From IMG/VR virus record IMGVR_UViG_3300008108_000181, positions 1 to 64,000 of that record: a stretch of 64,000 bases of DNA; one strand, 5' to 3'. The position numbers and the translations under genes were made by a program. Within the stretch, counting starts at the first letter, position 1; the number at the start of each line of letters is the position of its first letter. Origin of the DNA: a virus. The notes beneath the pieces were generated by a model. That model was not told where the DNA came from, did no database searches, and saw nothing but the letters and a program-made list of their open reading frames with translations. Of the stretch, positions 40,535 to 49,678 are shown in pieces.

Positions 40535-40663
40535 TTATTCCTTATCTAAAATTTGTTGAATATGTTGGATTCTCATCTTATCCTCAACTGATTGAATTTT
40601 TTGAAGTTTTAATTTCATTAATTCTAATCTTAATTGTTCTTTATTGTTTTCGTGTAAGTTCAT
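40535..40663 (-). CDS. Small hypothetical protein (42 aa)
   Basis: MNLHENNKEQLRLELMKLKLQKIQSVEDKMRIQHIQQILDKE fills the gap between its neighbours. Confidence 0.5.
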   Translation of the reverse strand: MNLHENNKEQLRLELMKLKLQKIQSVEDKMRIQHIQQILDKE

Positions 40664-40665
40664 AT

Positions 40666-40899
40666 TTAATTTTCTTTAAAGTATGCATCGATACTATCAT
40701 TAATATCTTTATTTAGGATTTCTAATTCGAATACCAAACTTTTTAAAAACTCCTCTGACCACAATCCCCAACTTTTATTTTTATTTTCCGAATAGTAGTA
40801 GAACCCATGTACCTTTGTAAACTCACCAACAATAATTCCAGTTGATTTTAAACTTATTTCATAAGTTTGATTTTTAATTTTTTCTGTTATCTTAAGCAT
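40666..40899 (-). CDS. Hypothetical protein
   Basis: 77-aa ORF. Confidence 0.6.
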   Translation of the reverse strand: MLKITEKIKNQTYEISLKSTGIIVGEFTKVHGFYYYSENKNKSWGLWSEEFLKSLVFELEILNKDINDSIDAYFKEN

Positions 40900-41134
40900 T
40901 TTTTTTAATGTTTATGGTTATTCCGGCATTTCCAGTTGAAATCTCGTATGAATTATAACGATTATCATTTATCCAACCACACCTTTCAAATTTAAATATA
41001 ATCACATCCCTACCTTGAAATACTCCATGAATAGCATTAGTGGCATAATCTATATGGGGATGTATTATATGACCCATCTTCCAACTATCTACAAATTCTG
41101 ATTCTAATTCTTCAGGTAGGATGTGAATCAACAT
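40892..41134 (-). CDS. Hypothetical protein
   Basis: 80-aa ORF. Confidence 0.6.
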   Translation of the reverse strand: MLIHILPEELESEFVDSWKMGHIIHPHIDYATNAIHGVFQGRDVIIFKFERCGWINDNRYNSYEISTGNAGITINIKKNA

Positions 41135-41137
41135 TTT

Positions 41138-42253
41138 TTAATTACTTAAAGGTGCTTTGATTTTATCATGTGATTGATAACCTATTAACTCAAAACAATC
41201 AGGTCTATAACTCATAATCTTTTGATCGAAAGTTTTTTCACCCAATCTTTCTTTTACCAATTGGTGTTGATACCAATTTCTTTCAGTTATTTGCACCTTT
41301 GGTAATTTAAACGGTTCTCTACTGATTTGTTCTTTCGCTTGTTCAATGTGGTTTGAATATAGATGCACATCTCCCAAATTACCAATCAATTCATCTGGTA
41401 CCATATTTACTTCCTTTGCAATAATCTCCAATAACAAACCATAGGAAGCTATGTTAAATGGTAATCCTAAAAATGTATCTACTGACCTCTGGTTCCACAT
41501 TAAAGAGATTGCTCGTTTAGGAACATTAGCATCATCACATACTTTATGCATTTCTACATCAGTATCTATTGTTTCATAACCACCTTCTTTAAGAGAATCG
41601 TATAATCTTGTACTTCCTTTAGAACCTAACTCTGTTCTTTCTTTAGCACTCAATTCTCTTGTATAAACTTGGAATCCATAATGACAAGGAGGTAAAACCA
41701 TTTCATCCAATTGACCCACATTCCAAGCAGATACCATTAATCTTCTACTATCGGGATTTGTTTTGAGTTCGTTGATTAGATTTGTGATTTGGTCTATTCC
41801 AATGAAGTATTCGTTACTAATTGAGTCGTGTTTTCTTTCACCCCAACTTCTCCATTGCTTACCATAGATTGGTCCTAAATCACCCCACTTCTTTGCAAAC
41901 TCATTATCGGTTTTAATATTATGGATGAATTGTTCTTTAGTGAATTGGTAACCAGAGTCAAGTGAAGTCTTGGAAGCGTAGTTCTTATAAGCATCACCAT
42001 CCCAAATGTGACAATCGTAATCCAATAAAAACTTAATGTTTGTACTACCTCTCAAAAACCATAGGAGTTCTGCCACCATAACATTCCACGCCATTTTCTT
42101 TGTGGTTAATAATGGGAATCCTTGTGACATTCGGTGACGGATTTGTCTACCAAATACTGAAATAGTTCCAGTACCTGTCCTATCCTTTTTCTCCACACCG
42201 TTATCAAGAATATCTTGTAGTAAGTCTTGGTATTTTGTATCTAATCTATTCAT
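41138..42253 (-). CDS. thyA: Thymidylate synthase
   Basis: DRTGTGT, FPLLTTK, ELLWFLRG, LGPIYGKQWR, LPPCH, QRSVDTFLGLPFNIASY and GDVHLY. Confidence 0.97.
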   Translation of the reverse strand: MNRLDTKYQDLLQDILDNGVEKKDRTGTGTISVFGRQIRHRMSQGFPLLTTKKMAWNVMVAELLWFLRGSTNIKFLLDYDCHIWDGDAYKNYASKTSLDSGYQFTKEQFIHNIKTDNEFAKKWGDLGPIYGKQWRSWGERKHDSISNEYFIGIDQITNLINELKTNPDSRRLMVSAWNVGQLDEMVLPPCHYGFQVYTRELSAKERTELGSKGSTRLYDSLKEGGYETIDTDVEMHKVCDDANVPKRAISLMWNQRSVDTFLGLPFNIASYGLLLEIIAKEVNMVPDELIGNLGDVHLYSNHIEQAKEQISREPFKLPKVQITERNWYQHQLVKERLGEKTFDQKIMSYRPDCFELIGYQSHDKIKAPLSN

Positions 42254-42259
42254 ATAATA

Positions 42260-42619
42260 TTAATTTGTAAATCCATGAGAAGTTGGTTTTCCATTTTCAT
42301 CAACCAATACAAATACAATTTTATCTATTCGGATAATACTTTGTTTAGTATCTTTGTTTCGTACTTCACAAGCAATGGTTATTGAAGTTTTACCAAAATT
42401 AACTAATTCACATCCGATTTCGATTATATCACCAAGTTTAGCAGATGCAACAAAGTTCACCTCACTCATTGCTTTGGTGACAATACTTCTACTACCTAAT
42501 TGACAAATGCAAAAGATTGCAGCTTCTTCATCAATCCATTTTAGGAGTTGACCACCAAAGAGTGTACCTCTTGCATTTAAATCTTCGTACTTAACTAATT
42601 TTCGTGTTCTAAAATTCAT
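42260..42619 (-). CDS. Acyl-CoA thioesterase (hotdog fold, YciA-like)
   Basis: DLNARGTLFGGQLLKWIDE...VFVLVDENGKP. TAnnTTTG element at 42624-42632. Confidence 0.85.
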   Translation of the reverse strand: MNFRTRKLVKYEDLNARGTLFGGQLLKWIDEEAAIFCICQLGSRSIVTKAMSEVNFVASAKLGDIIEIGCELVNFGKTSITIACEVRNKDTKQSIIRIDKIVFVLVDENGKPTSHGFTN

Positions 42620-42646
42620 TTTACAAATATACTAAAAAAATTTTAA

Positions 42647-42853
42647 TTATCCAAATGTTGATGTTCTAACATCTGCCATAAAATTTCTTAATTTTTGTAA
42701 TTTGTAAATTAATTGTTCTTGCTCAAGTGAACCTTTTCTAATTTCAAAAATCAAATCATCTATTGAGACAACCCCAATACTTAATCCATCTTCTTTTGAA
42801 TGTAAAAAATTTTCTGATACTTTGTGTTTTCTTGCTACGTCTTGTAAATTCAT
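42647..42853 (-). CDS. Hypothetical protein
   Basis: 68-aa ORF. Confidence 0.6.
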   Translation of the reverse strand: MNLQDVARKHKVSENFLHSKEDGLSIGVVSIDDLIFEIRKGSLEQEQLIYKLQKLRNFMADVRTSTFG

Positions 42854-42858
42854 AATTT

Positions 42859-44244
42859 CTATTTTTTAATTGTTTCTAATCTAATAATTTCTTCTTTAAT
42901 TTTTTGGTTATATGGATTCCAAGTAATATTATCCAACAACCATTTTCTATAATAAGGAGGTATAGATGCAACTGGTTTGTTTTTATATTTACCAAATGTC
43001 ATATATACTTTTTGGATTTCTCCTTCTTCATTTCGTTGTTCGGCAAGATTTATCCCACCTTCCAAGTGTAATCCTATTTCGTGAATTGGTACACCAGTAA
43101 TCTTCTTCTTATTCTCCCCATATAACTCCCATGTACCATCTTCATCCTCTTTATAATACAAATCCTCTACCTTACCAAATCGTTCAACAGAACCCACGAA
43201 ATCAACTACTAAGCAATCCTTCTTCTTTTCATGGATACGAGTTCCTCTACCAACAAACTGATACCACCATGAAATGGATGCGGTAGGTCTTGCGGTAATC
43301 AAACAATCCAATTCAGGATAATCAAATCCAACAGTTAGAACATTGACTTGAACTATAACTCTAATCTTTTGATTTCTAAATTCTTCAATGATTCGATTTC
43401 TATCTTGAGTAGGAGTTTCACCAGTAACAACTGCTGCCATTGGAATTCTTCCTGCAAGTTTGGTTGCTTGTTCAATTGTTGGTACAGCGACAAGAATAGA
43501 TTTTCTATCTTCGATTTCTCGTACCTTCTTTACTATTTTATCTTCTATGTTTTGATTTTCATATGCTCGAGCAATAGAATCATTTGTAAATTCTGCACCT
43601 GATGAATTGAATACCAATGCACCAGTATCAAAATCATAAGATTGATACACAAGTGGTGTCCAAAATCCTAACTTAACGGTATCTTGAATTTGAGCAACAT
43701 GAATGATGTGTTTAAAGAACGCACCTTTACTTGAACGATTGGTCAACATCACTAACTTAGAGTAAGGACCAGTATCACCCATATTCGATTGTAATTTGAG
43801 TGGAGTTGCAGTTAACCCAAGAATATGAGTTGCTTTCATCCCATCCACAAATCTTCTTAACTGACCTGATTTTTCTCTTGGGTATCTATCACACTCATCT
43901 ATAATAATCTTACTAACACCCATTTCTCTGAACTTGTGAGCAATGTTAATAATAGAACCGATGGTTGCGTAAGTAATATCACCTAACTCTTTCTGTCCCA
44001 TAGAAGCAGAATAGATTGATGCAGACCCACCAAAGAAAATAAACTTATTATAATTTTGTTCTAATAATTCTTTTGATGGTTGGAGAACCAAAACCTTTTC
44101 ACCAATACCTTTTGCGATATGGGCAATAACAATTGATTTACCGAATGCAGTAGGTGCAACGATAATGGATGGTGCCATTTTTGGTAGTTTAAAAAATTCA
44201 ACACCGATTGTTACTGGTTCAATTTGGTTCGCTCGTAACTTCAC
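42859..44244 (-). CDS. Superfamily 2 helicase (RadD/UvsW-like) with a C-terminal DUF3820-like domain
   Basis: PTAFGKS, IIDECD, GLTATP, LTVGFDYP and QFVGRGTR. C-terminal MTFGKYKNKPVASIPPYYRKWL. Confidence 0.88.
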   Translation of the reverse strand: MKLRANQIEPVTIGVEFFKLPKMAPSIIVAPTAFGKSIVIAHIAKGIGEKVLVLQPSKELLEQNYNKFIFFGGSASIYSASMGQKELGDITYATIGSIINIAHKFREMGVSKIIIDECDRYPREKSGQLRRFVDGMKATHILGLTATPLKLQSNMGDTGPYSKLVMLTNRSSKGAFFKHIIHVAQIQDTVKLGFWTPLVYQSYDFDTGALVFNSSGAEFTNDSIARAYENQNIEDKIVKKVREIEDRKSILVAVPTIEQATKLAGRIPMAAVVTGETPTQDRNRIIEEFRNQKIRVIVQVNVLTVGFDYPELDCLITARPTASISWWYQFVGRGTRIHEKKKDCLVVDFVGSVERFGKVEDLYYKEDEDGTWELYGENKKKITGVPIHEIGLHLEGGINLAEQRNEEGEIQKVYMTFGKYKNKPVASIPPYYRKWLLDNITWNPYNQKIKEEIIRLETIKK

Positions 44245-44456
44245 ACTTTATATTTACTTTTAAATCTTGCCAAAAACGATTCCCCAATTCCAATTTCTAA
44301 TATTTGGTGTTCGTTTGGAATTATTGGTTTTCGTTTTGTATTATCAATAATATCATCAATTCTTATATTAGTAAATATATCAATATATATTTTTGGGTTT
44401 TTTTCTGGTCCTTTGTGAACTACAACTACTTTTAATAATTCATTTAAATTACCCAT
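44241..44456 (-). CDS. Hypothetical protein
   Basis: 71-aa ORF. Confidence 0.6.
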   Translation of the reverse strand: MGNLNELLKVVVVHKGPEKNPKIYIDIFTNIRIDDIIDNTKRKPIIPNEHQILEIGIGESFLARFKSKYKV

Positions 44457-44457
44457 T

Positions 44458-44601
44458 TTAGAGAGATAAACTTAAATTATGTAAAATTAATGCCAATAAC
44501 ATAATAACAACCGCTGCAAAAGCGTATGTTACTACTTTTTCATTTGTAGATTGTCTATCTTTACTTCTACCTTGTCTATATTTTCTATCATTTTTTTTCA
44601 T
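44458..44601 (-). CDS. Small membrane protein (47 aa)
   Basis: MKKNDRKYRQGRSKDRQSTNEKVVTYAFAAVVIMLLALILHNLSLSL fills the intergenic gap. Confidence 0.5.
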   Translation of the reverse strand: MKKNDRKYRQGRSKDRQSTNEKVVTYAFAAVVIMLLALILHNLSLSL

Positions 44602-44607
44602 ATCACA

Positions 44608-45507
44608 TTAATTTAAAAATGGTAAAATTGCTAATTCTTTTGCTTTTGATTCAACCATAATGTCCAAATCCAACTCGTATGTATTGGGGAGGGCATTAAT
44701 ATAATCCGAATGTGCTTGTGGTTTGATTTTGATGTTGTTTTCATGTAATGATTTTGATTCGGAATAATGAACTTCGGGTGTAATACCTTTTGGCCAAGTT
44801 GATACTGCAAGTTTGAGTGCCTGTTCTTCACTCAATCCACCAGTACAAAACTTGTGGTGATGGTAATCAAACACAATTGGAATACCTGTCTTCTCATGGA
44901 TATACATCAAATCTTTTACCGAATACATAGATTCCTTGTCATCGTTCTCAACTGTCAATCGTGTCTGAACTGATGGTGATAATCGTTGGAAGTTTAAGAT
45001 AAATCTATCCATTGCAGATTTCTTATCACCATACACACCATTACAATGAATGTTGATATTGTTATATGGAGATTTTTCTAATCCCATCAAATCAAATATC
45101 TTACCATGAAGTTCCAAATCAATAATTGTATTTTGAACTACCGATTCTTTAGGAGATGTCAGAACATTAAATGGGCCAGGATGTGAATTGATTCTCATAC
45201 CAACTGATTGTGCGTAATGACCTGCACCCGATAATAAAGTTCGGATACGAAGGAATTGTGGTAAATCCTCAAACTTGTATTCACTTGCCCAAGGAAAGAA
45301 CTCGGATGATAATCGGAATAGTTTGATATTATTCTCATGATTCCATCTGAGAATGTGAATCAAATCACGAGAATTTTCTAACCCCAATTCACCGGCGTAA
45401 TCTAAACCTCGTTCTAAAAAGGTTTTTCTAACCATAGAACGATTAGTAGTAATCTTGGGTTTGCGACTACCAAGTGTCATGTTAATACAAGCATATCCTA
45501 AATTCAT
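44608..45507 (-). CDS. uvsE: UV damage endonuclease
   Basis: LGYACIN, FRLSS, HPGPFNVL, INIH, LTVENDDK, VFDYHHH, HYSE, AHSDY and MVESKAKE. Start moved to MNLGYAC behind the promoter element at 45533-45541. Confidence 0.92.
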   Translation of the reverse strand: MNLGYACINMTLGSRKPKITTNRSMVRKTFLERGLDYAGELGLENSRDLIHILRWNHENNIKLFRLSSEFFPWASEYKFEDLPQFLRIRTLLSGAGHYAQSVGMRINSHPGPFNVLTSPKESVVQNTIIDLELHGKIFDLMGLEKSPYNNINIHCNGVYGDKKSAMDRFILNFQRLSPSVQTRLTVENDDKESMYSVKDLMYIHEKTGIPIVFDYHHHKFCTGGLSEEQALKLAVSTWPKGITPEVHYSESKSLHENNIKIKPQAHSDYINALPNTYELDLDIMVESKAKELAILPFLN

Positions 45508-45566
45508 AAGTGTAGTTTTAAATGTTATTCTACAAATATACAAAAAATAAATGAATTATCCTACTA

Positions 45567-45890
45567 CTATATCGAAAAACTTTCACCGCACCCACAAGTT
45601 CGTGATGCGTTTGGATTTACAAAGTGGAATCCTTTTCCATTCAAACCCGAAGTATAACTCAATTCAGTTCCAACCAAATATAGTAATGATTTTTTATCTA
45701 TCAGAACTTTTACACCATTATCTTCACAAATAGTATCACTATCAGTTTTAGTTCCATCAAATTGTAAATCATACATCAACCCACTACAACCACCCCCCTT
45801 TACTGAAACCCGAATGAATTGTTCGGTTTGGTTTTCAGTATCTATTAATCGTTGTATCTCATTAGATGCATCGTTAGAAACTGTAATCAT
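45567..45890 (-). CDS. A-type Fe-S cluster carrier (IscA/SufA/ErpA, HesB family)
   Basis: VKGGGCSG and NPNASRTCGCGESF. Confidence 0.93.
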   Translation of the reverse strand: MITVSNDASNEIQRLIDTENQTEQFIRVSVKGGGCSGLMYDLQFDGTKTDSDTICEDNGVKVLIDKKSLLYLVGTELSYTSGLNGKGFHFVNPNASRTCGCGESFSI

Positions 45891-45892
45891 AA

Positions 45893-47311
45893 TTAATAAG
45901 TTTTACTTGTAAAATCAGTTGGATAAATTTCTTTTTTATATTGTTCTACTGCATTTTGATTACCCCCTTGGTAATTAATCCAAAACTCAATAGCTTTTCT
46001 ATCGTTAATCCATCTATCTCTTTTACTCCAATCAAATCGTGGGTTAGTATAATATGGACCATCTTTATATGGTGTCTTCCAACCACCACCTTCATACCAT
46101 TCCATATATTCTTCGTCAGATATTACTCCATCACCATCTTTATCTGCAGATAATTCATCATCCGAAACAACACCATCACCATTTAAATCTAATCCTTTTT
46201 TGGATTTTTTTTCAAGATAGTTGTCAAATGCTTCTTTTAATACTTCGTTTGGGTCTGAATCTTCTTTTATTGTTTCAAAAAATACTTCTCCATCAATTGA
46301 CGATAGTATGTATGGTTTATCTTCTAATCCATCCATTAAAGTGACATCCCAATCATCATACAAACCATCTTTCTCATCTGCTTCTATGATTTCTTTAATA
46401 AGTTCTCTTTGTTTTTCTTTATCATTGGCTATACCAGCATCATCTATAATAACATCCATTCCTTTTTCTGATAAATCATCACCATATAATTCTCTTTTCT
46501 GAATCACTTTCTTTTTATCTTCTTCACCTTTATCAACTTTCATAGCGTTATTGAAAGCAACTACTAATGCAATTGCAAGTGGGTCAAATACAAATATGAT
46601 GATTAAAATAAACCAGTTAATAATAACATCCATAGGTTTTCCTAATAAACCACTCAAGTATTCCAAAGGTCCTAATTCAGAACCCACTTCAACATTAGTA
46701 TCAATTTCTAATATTTGTAATTGGATTGATTGTAGTGAATCTGCTGCAACTTGTCTTTTAGATTGAACTTCTTTTCGGTTTTGTTCTTCAATTACTATAC
46801 GAGATTGTGCTGCTCTTAATTCGGTTGTAGATACTGAACTTTGTGTTTTACCATTTTTATCAGTATACTGAATTTGTTGTGTCTTTGCAGATGATAGTGT
46901 AGAAATGTTTTCAGAAATTCTTTCTAACTCTTTATCATATCGAATAACATCATCTTCCCAAAACTTTTCTTTTTGTTGTAAGAATGTTTTTTCTTTTGAT
47001 GTTACTGAATATAGTTTGAATGTATCTTGGAATGCAGCAGTTAGGAATCCATAAATACCAAGAGAGGTAATAAGAACCAATACTAAAGTTGCACCTAACA
47101 AATAGATTCGGAATCCTTTGTTAATCTTCTCCCAATAGTTGTAAAGGTAACCTGCAACAATTAGTTTAGCAAGTTCCAATGAGGATGCCATTAAAATTAC
47201 CGAGAGGGATGCACCGGCAAACAATTTCGCTAAACCAGTTACCGAAAAGAATGCTGCGTTAAATGCTATGAATAGTGCGGATAACCCTAATAATAGAGTT
47301 CTTAATTTCAT
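45893..47311 (-). CDS. Multi-pass membrane protein with coiled coil and EF-hand-like DxxGDG loops
   Basis: Three N-terminal TM helices, ELGPL.YL..., IIFVFDPLAI TM, then DLNGDGVVSDDEL and DKDGDGVISDEE. Confidence 0.65.
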   Translation of the reverse strand: MKLRTLLLGLSALFIAFNAAFFSVTGLAKLFAGASLSVILMASSLELAKLIVAGYLYNYWEKINKGFRIYLLGATLVLVLITSLGIYGFLTAAFQDTFKLYSVTSKEKTFLQQKEKFWEDDVIRYDKELERISENISTLSSAKTQQIQYTDKNGKTQSSVSTTELRAAQSRIVIEEQNRKEVQSKRQVAADSLQSIQLQILEIDTNVEVGSELGPLEYLSGLLGKPMDVIINWFILIIIFVFDPLAIALVVAFNNAMKVDKGEEDKKKVIQKRELYGDDLSEKGMDVIIDDAGIANDKEKQRELIKEIIEADEKDGLYDDWDVTLMDGLEDKPYILSSIDGEVFFETIKEDSDPNEVLKEAFDNYLEKKSKKGLDLNGDGVVSDDELSADKDGDGVISDEEYMEWYEGGGWKTPYKDGPYYTNPRFDWSKRDRWINDRKAIEFWINYQGGNQNAVEQYKKEIYPTDFTSKTY

Positions 47312-47317
47312 GTTGTA

Positions 47318-47497
47318 TTATCCTAAATGAACGATTTCTTGTAACTTCTCTAACCCATAGAGAATTTCTTTAAGATAAATTTCTGCTTGTTTTTGGTCTG
47401 CTGCTCTGTCACCAGAAACCATTTCTTTAACAATTTTGGTTCTTGATATCAAAGATTCGATAGTATCATCTGCTCTTTGTTTGTAAATATCTTTCAT
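47318..47497 (-). CDS. Small hypothetical protein (59 aa)
   Basis: MKDIYKQRADDTIESLISRTKIVKEMVSGDRAADQKQAEIYLKEILYGLEKLQEIVHLG, with a late motif at 47518-47528. Confidence 0.6.
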   Translation of the reverse strand: MKDIYKQRADDTIESLISRTKIVKEMVSGDRAADQKQAEIYLKEILYGLEKLQEIVHLG

Positions 47498-47536
47498 AGT
47501 TATGTTTTTAGTACTACTTTATAAATATTGTGAGGT

Positions 47537-47564
47537 AAAAAAAGGGGAGTTTTCACTCCCCTTT
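47537..47564 (-). terminator. Rho-independent terminator
   Basis: GGGGAGT-GAAA-ACTCCCC followed by a T7 tract after hsp20. Confidence 0.85.
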
Positions 47565-47584
47565 CAAAAATCAAGTTAAAAAAA

Positions 47585-47950
47585 TTAATAAGAGATTTTA
47601 AGAGTTCTACTCTTTCTTTCGTTCTTCTTATCAATTAATAAAACCAATAATCCATTTTCGAATTTAGCTTCTGATTTAGTACCATCGTAATCAGTACCGA
47701 CCGTAAGTTTCAAATCAATATCCTTTACAAACCGAGAAGTACCTTCTTCTTTTTTTGCAATGATATGAACGAATTCTTCGGTTACATCAACTTGGATATT
47801 TTTTGGTGAATGACCGAGTGTGTTGATGATTACTTGTTGTTTTCCACTTTCCAATACTTCAACTTCAAATTGAGAAGTTTTGTAATTGTAAGTTGGTTCT
47901 TTTGCCAATTCTTTAAATAGTTTGTCAAATGTGTCAAGTGTGTAGAACAT
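47585..47950 (-). CDS. Small heat shock protein (Hsp20/alpha-crystallin)
   Basis: G.....I.V.V....V.I.A and AKFENGLLVLLIDK...LKI. Confidence 0.8.
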   Translation of the reverse strand: MFYTLDTFDKLFKELAKEPTYNYKTSQFEVEVLESGKQQVIINTLGHSPKNIQVDVTEEFVHIIAKKEEGTSRFVKDIDLKLTVGTDYDGTKSEAKFENGLLVLLIDKKNERKSRTLKISY

Positions 47951-47993
47951 AGTTTTTTTCCTTTTTTTTAGTTAAACATTTATATCTTATTTT

Positions 47994-48055
47994 ACAATTT
48001 ATATACCATAGGAGTTTTTATGACACAATGTCAGTTTGTATGTGACAACTTGTCA
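47994..48055 (-). promoter_or_regulatory. Putative sigma54-like promoter with two TGACAnnnTGTCA palindromes upstream of hsp20
   Basis: Palindromes at 48021-48033 and 48043-48055. Minus strand TGGTAT-ATAAA-TTGT at 48008-47994. Confidence 0.5.
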
Positions 48056-48715
48056 TTAGAATACTTTAGAATCTTCCCACTGTTTGTTTTCTTGTCTACA
48101 ACTCATGTGGTCTGCCCAATGTAGAACATAAGGTAAATCTGTCTTCAATCTCATTTCTGGTCTGAACGAAATAAAGTATCCTTTTGTTGCTTCGTTATAC
48201 AATCCATCGGCCAACATAATACCAATCATTTCTTTTTCGTTGTACTGAATACCATATTGATTTAACAACCATAAGGCACGATGGGTGACATCCATATAAT
48301 GATTCTCACCATTAATCTTAAACATCATACCTTGATTCTTACGATGCCAATCAGAAGTTTCTTCAATATAGTGTGGTTGACCGGGAACCCCTAACTTACC
48401 TAAATCGTGATGGAATGCAGCAAAGAATAATTCTTCATCAGTAAAATCAACCTTAACTCCACCTTCCTCATACACCTTTTTAAGTTTGTATGAGTTTCTG
48501 GCAACATTCATAACATGGTCGATATATCCACCTACATACGCAGAGTGATAATGTTCTTTACCACTTGCAGGTGCAATTGCTAGTTCGGTCCCTAATTCTG
48601 ATTCCGAATACATATGAAGTAACTTTTCTAATCGTTCTCCACTAAATACTTTTTTCAGAGCCTCTATGAATCTATCATAGTTCCCTTGTAGTTGTTCTGC
48701 TGTATAATTTTTCAT
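48056..48715 (-). CDS. HD-domain phosphohydrolase
   Basis: APAS....HSAYVGGYIDHV...AFHHDLGK...LHWAD. Confidence 0.85.
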   Translation of the reverse strand: MKNYTAEQLQGNYDRFIEALKKVFSGERLEKLLHMYSESELGTELAIAPASGKEHYHSAYVGGYIDHVMNVARNSYKLKKVYEEGGVKVDFTDEELFFAAFHHDLGKLGVPGQPHYIEETSDWHRKNQGMMFKINGENHYMDVTHRALWLLNQYGIQYNEKEMIGIMLADGLYNEATKGYFISFRPEMRLKTDLPYVLHWADHMSCRQENKQWEDSKVF

Positions 48716-48751
48716 TTTGCTAAGTTACAAAATTATTTTCATTTATCAAAA

Positions 48752-49096
48752 TTAATCCTCATAAATCTCCCTACCTGTCAGGGCTCGATATAGTATTTCA
48801 ATTTCTTCTTCTGATTTACAAAAACCAAGACCATTCAAATCTTCTAACTCTACATAATAGTGACCTTTTGGTAATCCAAGTTCTTTATTCTCATCATTAC
48901 AACTTGATATCATAACCAAACAATCTTCATCGGGATTATCTTTGGGTAAGGGTAGAACATAATAATAATAGACATAAGTACCACCTTCTTCATCCTCATC
49001 TTCTTCAATCTCCTCTATTTTCAACCAACCTTGTCTTTCAAAGGTTTCTTCAGTTATAGGAGTTTCTGGAAATTCAATAATATCTTCGTTTATCAT
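48752..49096 (-). CDS. Hypothetical acidic protein
   Basis: 114-aa ORF. Confidence 0.65.
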   Translation of the reverse strand: MINEDIIEFPETPITEETFERQGWLKIEEIEEDEDEEGGTYVYYYYVLPLPKDNPDEDCLVMISSCNDENKELGLPKGHYYVELEDLNGLGFCKSEEEIEILYRALTGREIYED

Positions 49097-49108
49097 TTGG
49101 ATAATTTA

Positions 49109-49594
49109 TTATAGTAATCGTTCCAAAATACTATCCCAAGTTGGAAATTCATTTACAGTGTTGGTTTCCCAATTAGTACCGAACTGAAGAAGAGTACCTC
49201 GAAACTCCCCAGCACCATTCTTGGTTCTATCATCGATTAGGTAATCACCCATCAACAAATCCTTTCGGTGAGTAATAAACATTTTCTTGTGGAATAGGTT
49301 ACCAAAGTAATCCTCAATCCAAAATCTCTTATCCATTCCTGCCATTGGGTTTCCCCAAGGTGCGGTAGTTGCGATAAACAATTCGTACTTACCACACTCT
49401 GCCAGTTTCTTCACCGCCTCGATAGCACCTTCCATAGGTGGAGCGTTTCGGAATAACCCTTGAATGTGGTCGGGATGTGTTTTGTATCGTTCTCTTAGAT
49501 GTGGATGAAGGGTGAAGAAGTTTTCTATTGCCTTTCCAAAATCAACAAGGACACCGTCCATGTCAATGTAGATGATTTGTTTTCTCTCGTTCAT
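49109..49594 (-). CDS. 5'(3')-deoxyribonucleotidase (NT5C, HAD superfamily)
   Basis: IYIDMDGVLVDF, K..WI..YF and GDYLIDDR. Confidence 0.9.
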   Translation of the reverse strand: MNERKQIIYIDMDGVLVDFGKAIENFFTLHPHLRERYKTHPDHIQGLFRNAPPMEGAIEAVKKLAECGKYELFIATTAPWGNPMAGMDKRFWIEDYFGNLFHKKMFITHRKDLLMGDYLIDDRTKNGAGEFRGTLLQFGTNWETNTVNEFPTWDSILERLL

Positions 49595-49626
49595 ATTGTT
49601 TTTTATTATCTCTTAATCTTACATAA

Positions 49627-49658
49627 CAAATATACAAAAAAAGTTTCGTATTTCCAAA
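49627..49658 (-). promoter_or_regulatory. Bacteroidota-type promoter
   Basis: Minus strand TTTGGAAA...GTATATTTG upstream of 49594. Confidence 0.6.
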
Positions 49659-49678
49659 TCCTAGTCAATGTTTTTTAA

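Noticed and set aside
41520-41665. Insertion in thyA as a possible intron or intein
   Set aside because: It is a short in-frame insertion of roughly 45-50 aa without splicing motifs, consistent with a variable loop.
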